Notes: a model not told the origin generated them from the letters alone. A stretch of 64,000 nucleotides of DNA from Callorhinchus milii (GCF_018977255.1 NW_024704742.1:103666001-103730000), one strand, 5' to 3'. Positions 24,306 through 37,625 are shown, counted from the stretch's first letter. Translations and numbers: made by a program.

Positions 24306-25583
24306 TGCCTTAACCATATATAGGTAAAACAGATTGAGAATTGCTGTATAAGACCTGTGCGCTTAGTACAAGAGTTGAAGCAAGGCAAGTAAAGGAATGA
24401 ACAGAGTCAACTCGCTTCCTAGAGAAACTGGATAATACCATTTTCTCTGTAAAACTACCACTTTAATCTTTGTGTAGGTTAACTTTGTTCTTGTACTTAC
24501 AGAGCCAACAGCTCAAATGATGGCAACCAGCAGCTTTTTTCAGTCTTTAATTAGTTTAACTGCAATTTTTGATCATGTGATAAGGTAGAAATTTTGTATG
24601 GAAGAGGTTCATTCCAGCTATTATGTCTGCACCACATCCAATAACTAGTTATATTTCCCAGTTAATTATTTTAGACATAACCTTCCAGATCAAAGATTGC
24701 TCAATTGCTCCCTTATTGAAAAGCTTGCATTCAGAACTTTTACTGTTTTACATCACACAAAAACATTAGAAATTTACAGGAGTTCTGTCTGGAGAAATGG
24801 ACATGACAGGCAATTGGCAAATGAAACAATAGTGACAATTACAATGAATTAAACATCAAAGAATTGCAAAAGGAGTTTAGTTGCGCTAAATTGTATTCCA
24901 CTGCATATAAATGGGTAATTTAAGTCAGACCTGTTTAATATTGTACATTTCACTGAAGTTAATAAAATAGTGTATTATAATCTGAAATGCATTCAAGATC
25001 ATACCCTTGGATTTTTCCATCACCATTATTATTTTATAATGAAAAGATTTCATAGTGATTTACACATATACTGTAAAATCCTGCTGGTGCAATTGATTTG
25101 CTGGCTGCAGTTAGCAGCCTATAATAGTGCCTCAACATTGACATCTAGCTCTCACCATCCCCCTCCAACAACCACACTCTAACACACACATACACACACA
25201 GAAAGGGCATTTCATCCTTCATAGCTGACAGCTTGTTGAGCAGCCTGTTCAGATTCTATTTGGGTTGAGAGACTACACTACCACGCTCGAGTGTGGATGC
25301 ATAAGATCCTGGCTGCCTTTGTATTTTTCTCTATAAGACAATGTATTCCCCGCTTTCTGTGCTTTCATACAGAGCAACTTCACTGGCGCTTGGCAAAAAT
25401 AATGCCGGGGATATCCCAACGATTGCCTCCACGGGCAAGCACAATGAACACCACGCCCCCACTCCCCTAAGCATGTTCAGCTACTGCAAGTGTGATTAAT
25501 ACGCCCACGCTTCTTAGCTTCAGAAGCAGAGAAAAAAATCACATGTTTAATAAGCTGTCACGGTGGGCTTTACAAAATTTATA

Positions 25584-26044
25584 CAACAAAATTACATTTG
25601 TATAGCGTCTTTCACATCGGGAGCACGTCGCAACACGCTGGACAGTCAGAGTTTTGGAACTGACCTGAGGGTCGGGAACGGGGAGGGTGAAGGGCAGAGA
25701 GGGATGCAGGCTGATCGAAAACACGGTCGAAGAGGAGGGTCTTGAGATGGGTCTTGAAGGAGCCAAGGGAGGAGGCGAGGCAGTGGGACTATGGGATGGA
25801 GTTCCAGAGAGTGGGGGGCAGAGTGGCAGAAGGCCTGCCCGTTAATGATGGGGCGAACAAGGTGGGGGACATGAAGGAGGCCGGAGTCCGCTGAGCGGAG
25901 GGAGCAGGCAGAATGGTAGGGGGTTAGGCGGTCGCAGAGGTAGGGGGAAGCAAGGCCATGAATGTGAGGACCAGGATCTTGAACTGTATCCTCTGTGTGA
26001 TGGGAAGCCAGTGAGTCAGGAGAGGCTGGGGGTGATAGGGTCAC
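25584..26044 (-). mobile_element. L2 LINE 3' fragment (type A)
   Basis: HGLASPYLCDRL..SLRSADSGLLHVP..GQAF; tail caacaaaattacatttgtatagcg. Confidence 0.9.
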
Positions 26045-26238
26045 ATATATTACCGTGAGTGCATGTAAAATTGTAGGGTTGGAAAAACACTGCTGTAATT
26101 TGAAAGAAATTTTTGCGCAACAGTAAAGCACCAACTTGATTGGATCAATTTATAGTGCAGTGCCAACGCAATACAAAATGACAGTGATTGAAAATTCTTC
26201 CACGGTTATACACAATTTGCTGTATACAAATATTACCA

Positions 26239-26626
26239 TGGAGTTCTGTAGCTCAGTGGTTAGACCACTCGTCTCGCAAGCAAGAGGATCTGGGTTCAAC
26301 TCCTGGCAGGGCAAAATGGTGGGCAAGTTTCCTTACTCCATAGACCTCTGTTTACCTAGCAGTAAGTAGGTTGTTAGATGATCAGCAGATCGCTTTTCCG
26401 GGAATAATAATCCTTTCAAAACAATAAATACATTTTCAAAAATAATAATAATTTGGTCACTCAATCCACGACTGTTTGTGGAACACTGGTCTGTGTGCAA
26501 TTGGCTGCTGTGTTTCATCCACAAAATATACAGTCAATTCACTTTACAGTATATTCCAGGAAATGCTTTGAGACGTCTCGAAGACATGATAAGGCGCTAT
26601 ATCAAATGCAAGGATTATTATTATTA
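26239..26626 (+). mobile_element. SINE family A, long form
   Basis: Contains the extra block ctctgtttacctagcagtaagtagg..gttgttag..gatcgcttttccgg that short-form copies lack. Confidence 0.88.
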
Positions 26627-26772
26627 CTGTATGACACTGCCATGACTCAGAAAAAAATAATCAATCTTTTGTCGCTCAAACGCACTGAACCAAATGCAAA
26701 TAGGTTTCTTACAAGAAGAGGAAGGGTATAATCTCACCGTCATTGGAGAGAGGAGAGTCAGGGTCTTGTGTG

Positions 26773-26786
26773 GTTTCTATGGCAAC
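26773..26786. promoter_or_regulatory. RFX X-box-like motif GTTTCTATGGCAAC in non-repetitive sequence
   Basis: Matches the palindromic RFX consensus GTTNCCATGGNAAC with one deviation; motif match only. Confidence 0.3.
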
Positions 26787-27194
26787 GATGTCCAGCGCAA
26801 ACAAGATGATTATTCTTGTTAAATGGATGTTTGTTAAACGCCCTTCTCGCTTGGTGATAAGGCCTCATCCAATAAATTTAAGTAAGTCTCCAAAACAACA
26901 ACAACTTGTGTTTATGTAGCACCCTTTACACAGGGCAGCGTCTCGGAGCACTTATGACAATGCCTCTTACAGGCTATGCTATGAACACCTGAGCACCAAA
27001 AAGCTCTGATGCATTGTATTGTATTCACAGCATGGTCTGTATGAAGTGTGGTCTAAAGCTTAGACTTTGTGTCTCAATATAGAGGAATGGGTGACAACTA
27101 TTAATGGATAATTTGGGGTATTTCTTTTGTAGGCATTTACTGTGTCCCTTTTTTTAAAAACAATTTCTCCCCACTGACATATACCTCTCACCCC

Positions 27195-27510
27195 TGACCT
27201 GGCCTCTCTTGCTGGGGTGAAGTTCTGTGGACCCACTGTGCCCAAATAGCCATTGTTCATATGTCAGTCTCATCAGTGAGTGTCGGCACACCACTCAACC
27301 ACAGAAAGCATCACAGCCTGGGCCGAACCTTTCCCCACACAGCTGCCACACAACCAGCAGAGGGTATTGTAGAGAAATTGGAAGCAGGAACTCTGGCTGC
27401 TCTTGCCCTCCTTAATCTCGGAAGATTGAGGTCAATTTTACTCAGCATGGGCTGGGACTTAACCCAGCCAGCACCTGGTATGTAACTGCAGCTCTAACCA
27501 CTGCACCATT
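27195..27510 (-). mobile_element. Old SINE of a third family (different body; possibly MetaSINE-like)
   Basis: tRNA-like head on the minus strand (ggtgcagtggttagagctgc). Body cagtgagtgtcggca...catcacagcc...gcaggaactctggctg...tgaggtcaatt. A possibly related copy lies at 33425-33712. Confidence 0.5.
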
Positions 27511-28667
27511 AGGGCTGCCTCTAAAAGTATTTCCTAATGGTATTTTTTAACAAGGAATCTGAGTGATCCATCAAGTAACCAGAAGTACCTCACACAATTC
27601 CAACTCTGCTCTGACCTGATTTACTTCCAGAATAGAGTTCAACCGGTACAACCCTGTTTACAAAGTTATGTAAGAGTGCACCTTCCCTTAGGAATCACTT
27701 GTTAGTGATGAGAGGATTTATCCCTCCATTATTATTTCTACAACCCAAACGACAGACTAACACCTGGTTTTTGGATTAATAATATCTGGTCTCCTTGAAT
27801 GCCATGAGAGTTAGGAAGGTGGTAAAGGATCTTTGGGGTTCGGGGGATTAATGAGAGAGTCGATAAAAGAGTTGTCATGCAGGAGTATAGAAAAACAGAC
27901 CTCTCATTTTAAGGTTGTTTTAGATTCCTGTGCTACACAAATGTATTTTTTGTAAAGATCTCGTTTTGATACCACTTATTTGAACATCAGCCACTTGTAC
28001 CTTCTCAGAATGCTGATTAATGTAACCATTCATTCACAAGACAAGACAGAAGACCCAAATTATATTTAATAATCCCTTATAATTAGAGCCGATAGATTTC
28101 AGTTTTACTGCAGTCAGAAATTTCACACTGACTTCTCCCAGGCTTTTCCTCCCTGGTAATGATCATGAGGCTGTTGTGTCAGCTCAGTAGTAAATTAACC
28201 TGCAGTTTTTCTATTAATCATAGAACTGTGCCATAAAAATTTATATGGATCGTAAACAATGTGCCCTTCTGTTAATTCCATAGTATTCTCCAACCCTTTA
28301 TCCAACAGCTTAAACATGGTCAGAGTCTTTAAGTATTTAAAAAGCAATTGATTTTACAGATGTTACTTAACATCTGGATTCAAGTGTAAAGCACATTTTC
28401 CTAAGATCATAACAACGGCGACTAACAGCACAACACATCTGTTTGATTCTGTGGAAGGCATTTCACAGTTGCTGATCTTAAAAATATTGGCACTGCACCT
28501 GACTTCTCTATATTCCATTGACTGTGGCGGTGTTTGTTAACAGCTCTGAATCTAAGTGACACAGTAATTACCATGAGGCTAGTTGCCATCCCTGAGAAGC
28601 TTCACTATGCAAATCAACCTTCCTGAAGAATCCCCATTGAAGCTAATTGGGAAGTTGCTGCCACATC

Positions 28668-29810
28668 AACAACAACAACAAAATTACATTTGTATATTAC
28701 CTTTCACATCGGGAGGACATCCCAAGACGCTGGACGATCAGTGTTTCAGACCCAAGCTGGGGGTTGCGATCAGGGAGAGTGGAGGGCAGCAGGGAATGGG
28801 GGTGACCGAAGTCACGGTCAAAGAGGAGGATCTTAAGATGGGTCTTGAAGGAGGCAAGGGAGGGGGTGAAGTGGAGGGACTGTGGGATGCAGTTCCAGAG
28901 GGTGGGAGCAGAGTGGCCGGAGTCCCACCCGCCAATGGTGGGGTGGGCGAGGCAGGGGTCGTGAAGCAGGCTGGAGCCTGCTGAGCGGAGGGAGTGGGCA
29001 GGTTGGTAAGCGGTTAGGAGGTCACAGAGGTAGGGGGGACTAAGGCCATGAAGGGCTTTGAAAGTGAGGACCAGGATCTTGAACTGTATCCTCTGTGTAA
29101 TGGGAAACCAGTGGAGTCAGGCGAGGATGGGGGTGAAAGGGTCACGGAGCCTGGTGCTGGAGAGGACACGGACTGCATAGTTCTGGATGATCTGCAACCT
29201 ATGGAGGGAAGAGTTGGGGAGGCCAACAAGCCGGGAGCTTGTGTAGTGGAGCCTGGATGTTGTGAATGCGTGTTTGAGTGTCTCAGCGGGCTGCAGTGCG
29301 TGTCAGTAGCAGAGTCGAGCAATGTTGCGGAGGTGAGGGAAGGCAGAGCGGGTCATGGCACCGATATGGGGTAGAAAGGATAGTTGAGGATCAAACAGGA
29401 CGCCGAGGTTCCATATTGGTTCCATGGAGGGAGATGCTATCAGCGACCATGGAGGTGCTGACAGGAACCAAGCAGGAGGGCCTTGGTCTTGTTAACATTG
29501 AACTGCAGGAAGTTAGCTCACAACCAGGACTTATTGTCCGACAGGCAGTCTGTCAGGACAGCAGTGGCCCTGGAATCAAGGGTGGAGGCAGAGAGATGGA
29601 GCTGGGTGTCATCCGCTTATATGGGGAAGCTGGTGATGATGTCACCAAGGGGGAGCATATAGATATTGAAAAGGAGAAGGCCAAGGATAGAGCCCTGAGG
29701 GACGCCACACGTGATGGTGTGGGGGTTGGAGAAGAAGCCGTTAGTGGCGACAAAGTGGAGACGGTGGGAGAGGTAGGATTTGAACCAGGCAGGAGCAGGT
29801 CTGCGAAGAT
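28668..29810 (-). mobile_element. L2 LINE 3' ~1.1 kb fragment (RT C-terminal part + tail)
   Basis: Homologous to 15500-16270 ([30 protein letters not shown]); (CAA)n tail at 28668. Confidence 0.92.
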
Positions 29811-29835
29811 TCCTAATGTCGTTAGTGACTTATGA

Positions 29836-30181
29836 TAATAATAATAATAATAATCCTTGCATTTGATATAGCGCTTTTCACGTGTTCTAGAGTCTCAAAG
29901 CACTTCACAGAATATGCTGTAAAGTGAATTGACCATATATTTGTGGGCAAAACGCAGCAGCCAATCGCACACAGCAGTGTTCCACAAATAGTCGTGGATT
30001 GAAAATGACCAATTTATTATTGTTTTGGAGGGATTATTATTAGACGTGTGGAGTAATAATAATAATAATAATAATAATAATCCTTGCATTTGATATAGCG
30101 CTTTTCACGTCTTCTAGACGTCCCAAAGCACTTCACAGAATATACTGTAAAGTGAATTGACTTGCCCAAGGTTTCGCCCTC
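29836..30181 (-). mobile_element. Two tandem partial SINE family A copies
   Basis: (TAA)n tails at 29836 and 30054, each followed by tccttgcatttgatatagcgc. Confidence 0.85.
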
Positions 30182-30342
30182 CCTTGTGTGGTGCATATCC
30201 GCAGATATGAAGAGACATCAAGGACCATGTTGTCAGGAGGCACATGGTCAAGATACCTTGACTTCCTTATATGTGGAACCCTCTGATGTGAAAAGGAATC
30301 CTGGGGAGATCCTCAGTAACTAGGAAGAGTTCAATGTTTTAG

Positions 30343-31158
30343 ATTTCATAGATTCATAGAATGTTACGGCACAGAAGGAGGCCATTCGGCCCATCGAGTC
30401 TGTTCCGGCTCTTTGACAGAGCAAGTCACTTTCACTAACCCAATCACCAGCTTTCTCCCCATAACCCTGCAAACCCGTCTTCCCCAGATACCTATCCAGT
30501 TCTCTCTTAAAAGCTGTTATCGAATCGGACTTCACTGCCCTTTCAGGCAGATCATTCCAAATTCGAACAACTCGCTGAGTGAAAAAATTTCTTCTGACCT
30601 CCCCTCTGCTTCTTTTGGTAGATATCTTAAGACTGTGACCATGGGTCACAGACACACCTACCAGCGGAAACAGCTTTTCCTTATCTCGCCTGTCGAAACC
30701 TTTCATGATCTTGAAGACCTCTATCAGATCCCCGAGTAACCATCTCTGCTCTAATGGGAAATGTCCTAACTTCTCCAGCCTGTCCTCATAGCTAAGGTTC
30801 CCCATTCCTGGTATCATTCTCGTGAATCTCCTCTGCATTCTTTCCAGTGCCTTAATGTCTTTCCTGAAGTAAGGTGCCCAGAACTGGACGCAGTATTCCA
30901 GCTGAGGCCTAACCAGTGTTTTGTATAGATTAACCATAACCTCCCTGCTCTTATACTCTATGCCCCTACTAATAAAGCTCAGTACACCAAATGCCTTTTT
31001 ACTGCCTTATCTACCTGCCCCACTACCTTTAATGATTCGCTTACTTGAACACCCAGGTCTCTCTGTACGTTCACCCCCCTTAAGATTGAGCTACCAAGTC
31101 TATATTGCCTCCTATCATTTTTCCTACCTAAGTGTATCACCACACACTTATCCACATT
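30343..31158 (-). mobile_element. CR1 LINE 3' fragment, relatively young
   Basis: 205-aa ORF 30320-30937(-): LYKTLVRPQLEYCVQFWAPYFRKDIKALERMQRRFTRMIPG...GDLIEVFKIMKG...FFTQRVVRIWNDLP. Confidence 0.95.
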
Positions 31159-32864
31159 GATTCCTTATTGATTTTGAATTGAATTTTTACTACCATGAAT
31201 TAATGCTCAAGCGATATACGGAGGTGGGATCAGGAAGGGTCGGTGGCAGGGCACGACCGTTGAAGAAAGCACCAACACTAAATAAGACAATGTCTTTGTT
31301 GTCAAAAATCTGCATTTTAAAGTAAAATCTATAATTCATTAAAGTTGGTTTGCATTCATTTATTTATTATGAATGAATGCTTAGGTAATGTGCTTCCAAG
31401 TTGGATTTACAGTACTTATAGCATTTAATTTACAATTACTCATATTCACTGCTGGCCATTGATAAAGTAACCACTTGATTCCTGAATTATCTTTGCATAT
31501 TTTAATCCGGAAGCACGTTTTCTATCACTTTCGGTTTGCTTCATACAACTGAACTTTACTGAAAATGATAAATCAATGTAAATGGCGCTAATTAAACCAG
31601 CCTTAGCTCATGATATTAAGCAAAGTGAAATTGTATAGCAGTAGCTTCCCTCTTAATGAACATCAAATACAGCAAGATCTATACAATTGTAAATACAAAT
31701 AAGCTATCCGCAATTTCCTGAAAGCATTTCACACAGTGAATTATGTTTATTACTATTATTGATAATAATCCTTGCATTTGATGCAGCACTTTTCATGTTG
31801 AGAGGATTAAAATTTAAAGTGCTTCACAGGATTTACCGTAAAGTGTAGTAACTGTATTTTGCATTAACCAGCACCTCGCTTGTTTCGTCGCTTTCATTTC
31901 TCTCTGGATTCTCATCTTTATCTTGTCGGGCCAGTTGCCTTTGTTCTGATTTTTTGTTCATAACTTGCACAATGGGGGTGAACCGTGTCTGCAGCCCTGC
32001 TGTGCAAATCACTTCAATTATACAAAATGCATTCAGCAACGGAAGATTTTTTGTACTCTTGAATTTGTGTCTGGAGATGTGCTCCACTGCTCAGAAGTAT
32101 ATCAATATTCTTTTGTGTAATGGCTTGTAAAATCAACATTTGTTGTATTAACTAATATGTTTATTTGTATGAAATATCTGCAAAAATTAGTCTGGAGTTA
32201 TGACACAGACATTAGAGAGAAATATGCATGATGGATAATTTTGCATTTTGGACAATACTTTTAAATGATACATAAATAAAAAGGAAAACTTGAATTTCAA
32301 AGCACTGGATCAAATTGAAATATCTCAAAGCACAAGATCTTATTGTCAAGTGCAGTGACTAATTTTGCCATCAATTGTTAAAGCCAGCAAGAACCGTAAA
32401 CGCCATGAGATGAACGAGCAACTAATCTGAAGAATTATTGACTAGGCCAGCAAAATTAGCAAAAGAGCAACTGAAATATTATCCTTCCTGGGACTGAGCT
32501 GGCTCTAAGATGACATGCTTGGCAACAGAATGTTGGAATCAAGTCAATCCTCTGTCGCAGTTTCGGTAGCCCAGTTCCTGATCCAGGTGGGTATGCAATA
32601 TTCCATGGCAGACCAGGACTTGGAAGGGCACTGGGAGTAGGAAATCTCCCCACTTGACTCCAGTTAACACCCTGCAAGCCAATGCTGTAGTTGGTTGGGA
32701 AATAAAAAAAACACTAACAAAAATCCTAGCTGTACAAGTAGTGTAAAGCTTCTAAGACAATGCTTACAATGAGAAACTACATAGTTTTAGCTGGTTAAAC
32801 TCCAACAGTACTTCAACACACATTCTGGGGTCCTTAATCCTTGGATCTTGGCAACCTGCTCCTG

Positions 32865-33048
32865 ATAGGTTGAGAAAGGTTTGTTCAAGCAGAATGCTCA
32901 GCAGGAAACTGTATAAATATTTTAAAAGGAGCAAGTTACAGGGGTGTGGGGAAAGGGCAGGTAAATGCAACTGAAAGGATTGCTCTTAAAAGAGCCAACA
33001 CAGACACAGTGGGCTAAACGGCCTTTTTCTGTGCTGTAAATTTCTATG
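32865..33048 (+). mobile_element. CR1 3' end, degraded
   Basis: aaagagccaacacagacacagtgggctaaacggcctttttctgtgctgtaaatttctatg. Confidence 0.7.
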
Positions 33049-33424
33049 GTTCAGGTACTCTCCACAATTGGGCAAGCAAGAGATGTCCCTCCAGGGAAGA
33101 GAGTGCATATTCCATTCCAGACACAGTGCAATTTTCATGTGCAGGAGACATACATATATGAATCTAAGTCTGGTTTGGATGCTGTTAAGTATGGTGATGG
33201 ATTACCCCTTGTGTCAGGCACCCAGCTGACCCCCCCCCCCCCCCCGCAAATATGCAACTGATATAAAATGCTGATTCTCATATCAATTCCTAAGTGTTGC
33301 AAAATTATCACTTTTAAAAGAAATAACAAAAGGATGAAATGAACTCATCAGTGCCTTGGGACATGCTCCCGAATTGAAAGGGGCTATACAAATGTAATTT
33401 GTTGTTTGTTATTGTTGATTTATA

Positions 33425-33712
33425 CCTTCTTTCCAATTTTATTCCCTTACTCCTCTCGTCTCCCGAGGGCAGTGATTCACACTGGAGTTTGATTCTCTCA
33501 GTGTCAGCTCTTTAGTACCTTGTGAGTGATCACAGGGGCCAAATGGTCCCCTCTTTTGCCTGTGAACGCTGAGAACACTGTGATTCCGCTCACATTCTGC
33601 GCTGCTAATTCAGCCAAGATCAGCAGATGATGTGCACCACCTGGGACCTTCATGCTCTTTATTGTTCAGTACCAGACTGAATAGCCAGTGCACTCACCCA
33701 CTGATAACTGGG
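33425..33712 (-). mobile_element. Old SINE, probably related to 27195-27510
   Basis: cagccaagatcagc...acctgggacctt...tcagtacc...gccagtgcactcacccactga. Confidence 0.45.
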
Positions 33713-35702
33713 ATTAAGATATTAAAGTTTTCTTCAAAAAAATTCTATTTCTGTAGAAAATGTTATCAAGGTTTAATGCATCTATTCTATCAGTCAATCA
33801 GAAACTACTTTAATCAAGCAATTATCACCAGGAGCAAGCTGTCTACCTGTTTTTCACAACTCACTGAGAGCTCAGAGATCAAATGCAATACACATTTTTG
33901 TTACAAAGGCAGGTGGTCATGATGAAACCAAGTTAACCTTCTCAATGTCAGGATTTCTGGATCTTTCAATACTAAATATTTCTGGGTTACCTCTAGTTAA
34001 CCATTTAGATGAAAAGCACATCAGCCAGAGAACCAATCAGTGTATCAATTCCACTGTGCAGCTCTTCTTTAGGGTATATGCAGTTAGCATTCTCCTCTAA
34101 GGCGATCTGAAGGAAGCATAGCACTGGCAATATAACCTTGAGCTGCAAAATAATTTGTATATCTGCATTGAGAATGTGAATGTAGGAATGTGAATCTCTA
34201 ACAAGGCTATAGCCTGAAAGATGCTTTCAATACATTTTCCCAGGTTTGAAGTAAATGGAACATGGGAGCAGATTAATGTTTAATACCGACAAGCCAAGTG
34301 CAATACAATATCAAGGACTGTAAGTGAATCACAGGGCAGAGGTATTGCAAAGGATTCCTTCTTTGATGTCACAGGAAATACTGCTCTGTGCAAGTGAAAA
34401 TACAAGACCAAATAAAAATATTAACAGGTCCTCAGTTCAAAAACACACTAAACGCAGTCTGTAAAAATAATCTTTAAAAGCAATTAGTACACTGAAAACA
34501 ACTAGAGGCAGATTCAAATGATTTTGCAAGATGTCAAAGTAAGACAGTGTTATTTGAAATATAGAGAATACAAAATTCATGACACACAATAAAAAAAAGT
34601 GAAAATTGAAGGAAGGCTAAGTTGCAAAATTGAAACTGAATATTGTAGTTGTAGAAACAAGCATCGAACAAAGGAACTACAATATTTAAAATGCCCTTTC
34701 ATACGTTAATCTAGTCTTTGGTAAGAACTCTGAACAGTTACCCCAGAAACAATGAAATTAATATTTCAGATGTTTTGTTCTGAAAGAAGACACAAAATGG
34801 GCCATTAAAGATAGTGTACTATGAATTATTACTGATGAGGGGGGAGAGTTGTTCCAAAATTCTAAACTGATGATTGCTACCTACAACCTAAATCTACTTT
34901 ATTAAACCATCTTCATAAGATGATTTCAAGTAGCAATTCAGGGTGTCCCAATATAAACCACAAGGATTTCTGATGTATCCTCCAGAATAATGGCTCTGCA
35001 AAAAATACCTTTTCTAAAAATTGCATTACATTAGGGGTCGCCCTGCAGTGAAAGACCCCAGAAAGGATGTGTAACATGGGAGAAAAGAGAAGCAACAGAT
35101 CCCAAATATTCTGGAGTAAGTCAATCTTTTTGTTCGAGTCTTTAGAAGAATCAGATTATTGATCTATTTTCATCTATTTTCATTATGAACCATTACATTT
35201 GTACATGGTTGTCCATTAAAACATTCTGTATTGAATATAAAGACAGATGTTGCGCCTTGTGAAGACATAACACTATTTTGTACTTTCACCAACTGTGTTG
35301 TCTATAATTGAAGTTAACACTTGTTAACACATGTCAAAATAGGTTAGATTTTTTTTCTTTATATATTTCAATTTTTATAATAATAATCCTTAAATTTGAT
35401 ATATCATGTCGCCTAGACGTCTCAAAGAGCTTCCCAGGATGTACTGTAAAGTGGTGTGACGTTTTCAGGCATAAGTTTGTGTTGGTATCTCCCGTGATCA
35501 ATAGGATTAGCAACTCGGGAACCTGGGTGACTTGTAGTGGGTGTGGAAGTAACTCCGCTGGTCATTATAACAACAATAATAATAATAATATTCCTTGCAT
35601 TTAATATGGCTCTTTATCACGTCTTTGAAATGTCTCAAAGCTCTTGACAAAATATACTTGCAAAGTGAATTGACCATATATTTTGTGGGCGAAATGCGGC
35701 AA

Positions 35703-36025
35703 GTGGAGTCCTGTAGCTCAGTGGTTAGAGCACTCGCTTTGCAAGCGAGAGACCTGAGTTCAATTCCAGGCAGAGGGCGAAACCTTGGGCAAGTTTCCTT
35801 ACTCCACACGCCTAATAATAATCCCTCCAAAAAAACAAAACAATAATAAATTGGTCATTTTCAATCTACGACTGTTTGTGGGACATTGCTGTGCGCAATT
35901 GGCTGCCGCGTTCGCCCACAAATATACAGTCAATTCACTTTACAGTGTGTTCTGTGAAGCGCTTTGGGATGTCCTCCCGACGTGAAAAGCGCTATATCAA
36001 ATGCAAGGATTATTATTATTATTAT
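35703..36025 (+). mobile_element. SINE family A, young full-length, nested inside an antisense older copy (35569-36080)
   Basis: The host SINE reads ...gtgggcgaaatgcggcaa | insertion | aactaattgtgcaccgcaatgtcccacaaacag. Confidence 0.93.
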
Positions 36026-37625
36026 AACTAATTGTGCACCGCAATGTCCCACAAACAGTCGTTGATTGAGTGACCAAATTTCTGTATAAGGTCAGTAAGT
36101 TTATTAACAAGTGGAAAGCTTCTTCCCCCCATCCACCACCACCACCATCACCCAGTAGCACTGATCCCAATTAGACTTCCAGTAACTTCCAAAGGATACA
36201 AAATAACAATCTTACAATGTTTATCTTATGCTACATTTATACTGCTGGGAATAATGCCATTTCTTTCCGCTCTATATCTCTGAATAGTGACTGAAAAAGA
36301 AAACACACCCAACTTCAACATTTGCCAAGGAGTACAATCACATAGCACCAAAATCATGGGTTTGTCCTCAATATTCTTCATGAGCCGGCCACACAATCGG
36401 AATGATTATTGCTAGCTGGGTGATTTACAAAAGAGAAAACATGATATGTAAATGTAGTTGCTTTAGAGATTAATTTATTAAACATCCAAGTGGATTGATG
36501 CTGATTTGACCACGACTCCAGGTAAAAATCAATTCACAACAACATTCATGCAGCTCCCCTGATTAGCTATACATTTGTATAGCGCCTTTCACGTCAGGAG
36601 TACGTCCCAAGGTGCTTTTTGATGAATTGAATCAAAATGTTTTTGGCAATTTGAATATTGATTGTACTGACAGCTCTTCCATGCATACTGATATTACATC
36701 TAAAATCACCTGTCATGTGGAAGAGCATGTCTAAGTGTTAATCCAAAGTAAGGTCTTTGTGTTAGACGGTATGAGATGGAAGCACTGTTCAGTCTGAATC
36801 CCTGGGTTGAGGAGACCACAGATTTCACCGCACACTCTGTGCCCCTGGGCTTTTATTGCTTCAGTTGCCAGGACCAATCTGATTCAGATTATTCTGGGTG
36901 GAGTGTCTCACTTCTTCTGGGAAAGGTTACAACAAAACTAAACAAGTTTCTATTTTTTTCTTAGAACACCTTAATTTGATTAAATCATCAGAACATGTTT
37001 AATTATTTTGTCAAAGAAAACAAATCAGTCAACAACAAAGTGCCACACTGGACAGAAGACAGTGAAGCTCCGTGTTCTTCACCCTAATTGTCTATGACCT
37101 CAGGTGAACTGCATTTAGCTTCCAAGATTCAGCAATGTAAAGTGTTCAATGGTCTGTTTTATACTTCCAGGAGGATGGGATTTATAATGAAGAAATGCAT
37201 TTTATTTTATTACATATTTTTAAAAAGATTAGCAATAAATGCTGTGCTTTTTCGTTCAAAAGGTAAGGCCACTTTCTCAAACTGTTAGTTCATGTGCCAT
37301 TCTCATACTTCTTCCTCCTCTCCTTCCCCCACTACCTCATTCCTCTACAAAATATCACCCTCAATGTGCCTTGTTTACCCAATGTTCTCTCCTACATGCT
37401 GTCCTCAATGTGGAGATGTTCAGTATCCTCCTGCTCACTCAATGGGAAATATACATCACAACATTGGTCTGGATGAAGAAGGCCTTTCAGCCCATCCAAT
37501 CTCACCTCCAGAACCACCAGGTCATCACAACATCAAGCTGCTTTTAAATTAATCCTGGATCTTGGCCTCTGCCACCTCACAGGGAATGGAATCAAACAGG
37601 AATGGGTATACCATACATCCATTTA

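Noticed and set aside
30320..30937. 205-aa ORF
   Set aside because: It is the C-terminus of CR1 ORF2 in a 5'-truncated copy; not a host gene.
33230..33245. Poly-C run
   Set aside because: Simple homopolymer with no further structure.
34639..34686. 12 bp perfect inverted repeat aatattgtagtt/aactacaatatt
   Set aside because: AT-rich and short enough to be expected by chance in 64 kb.
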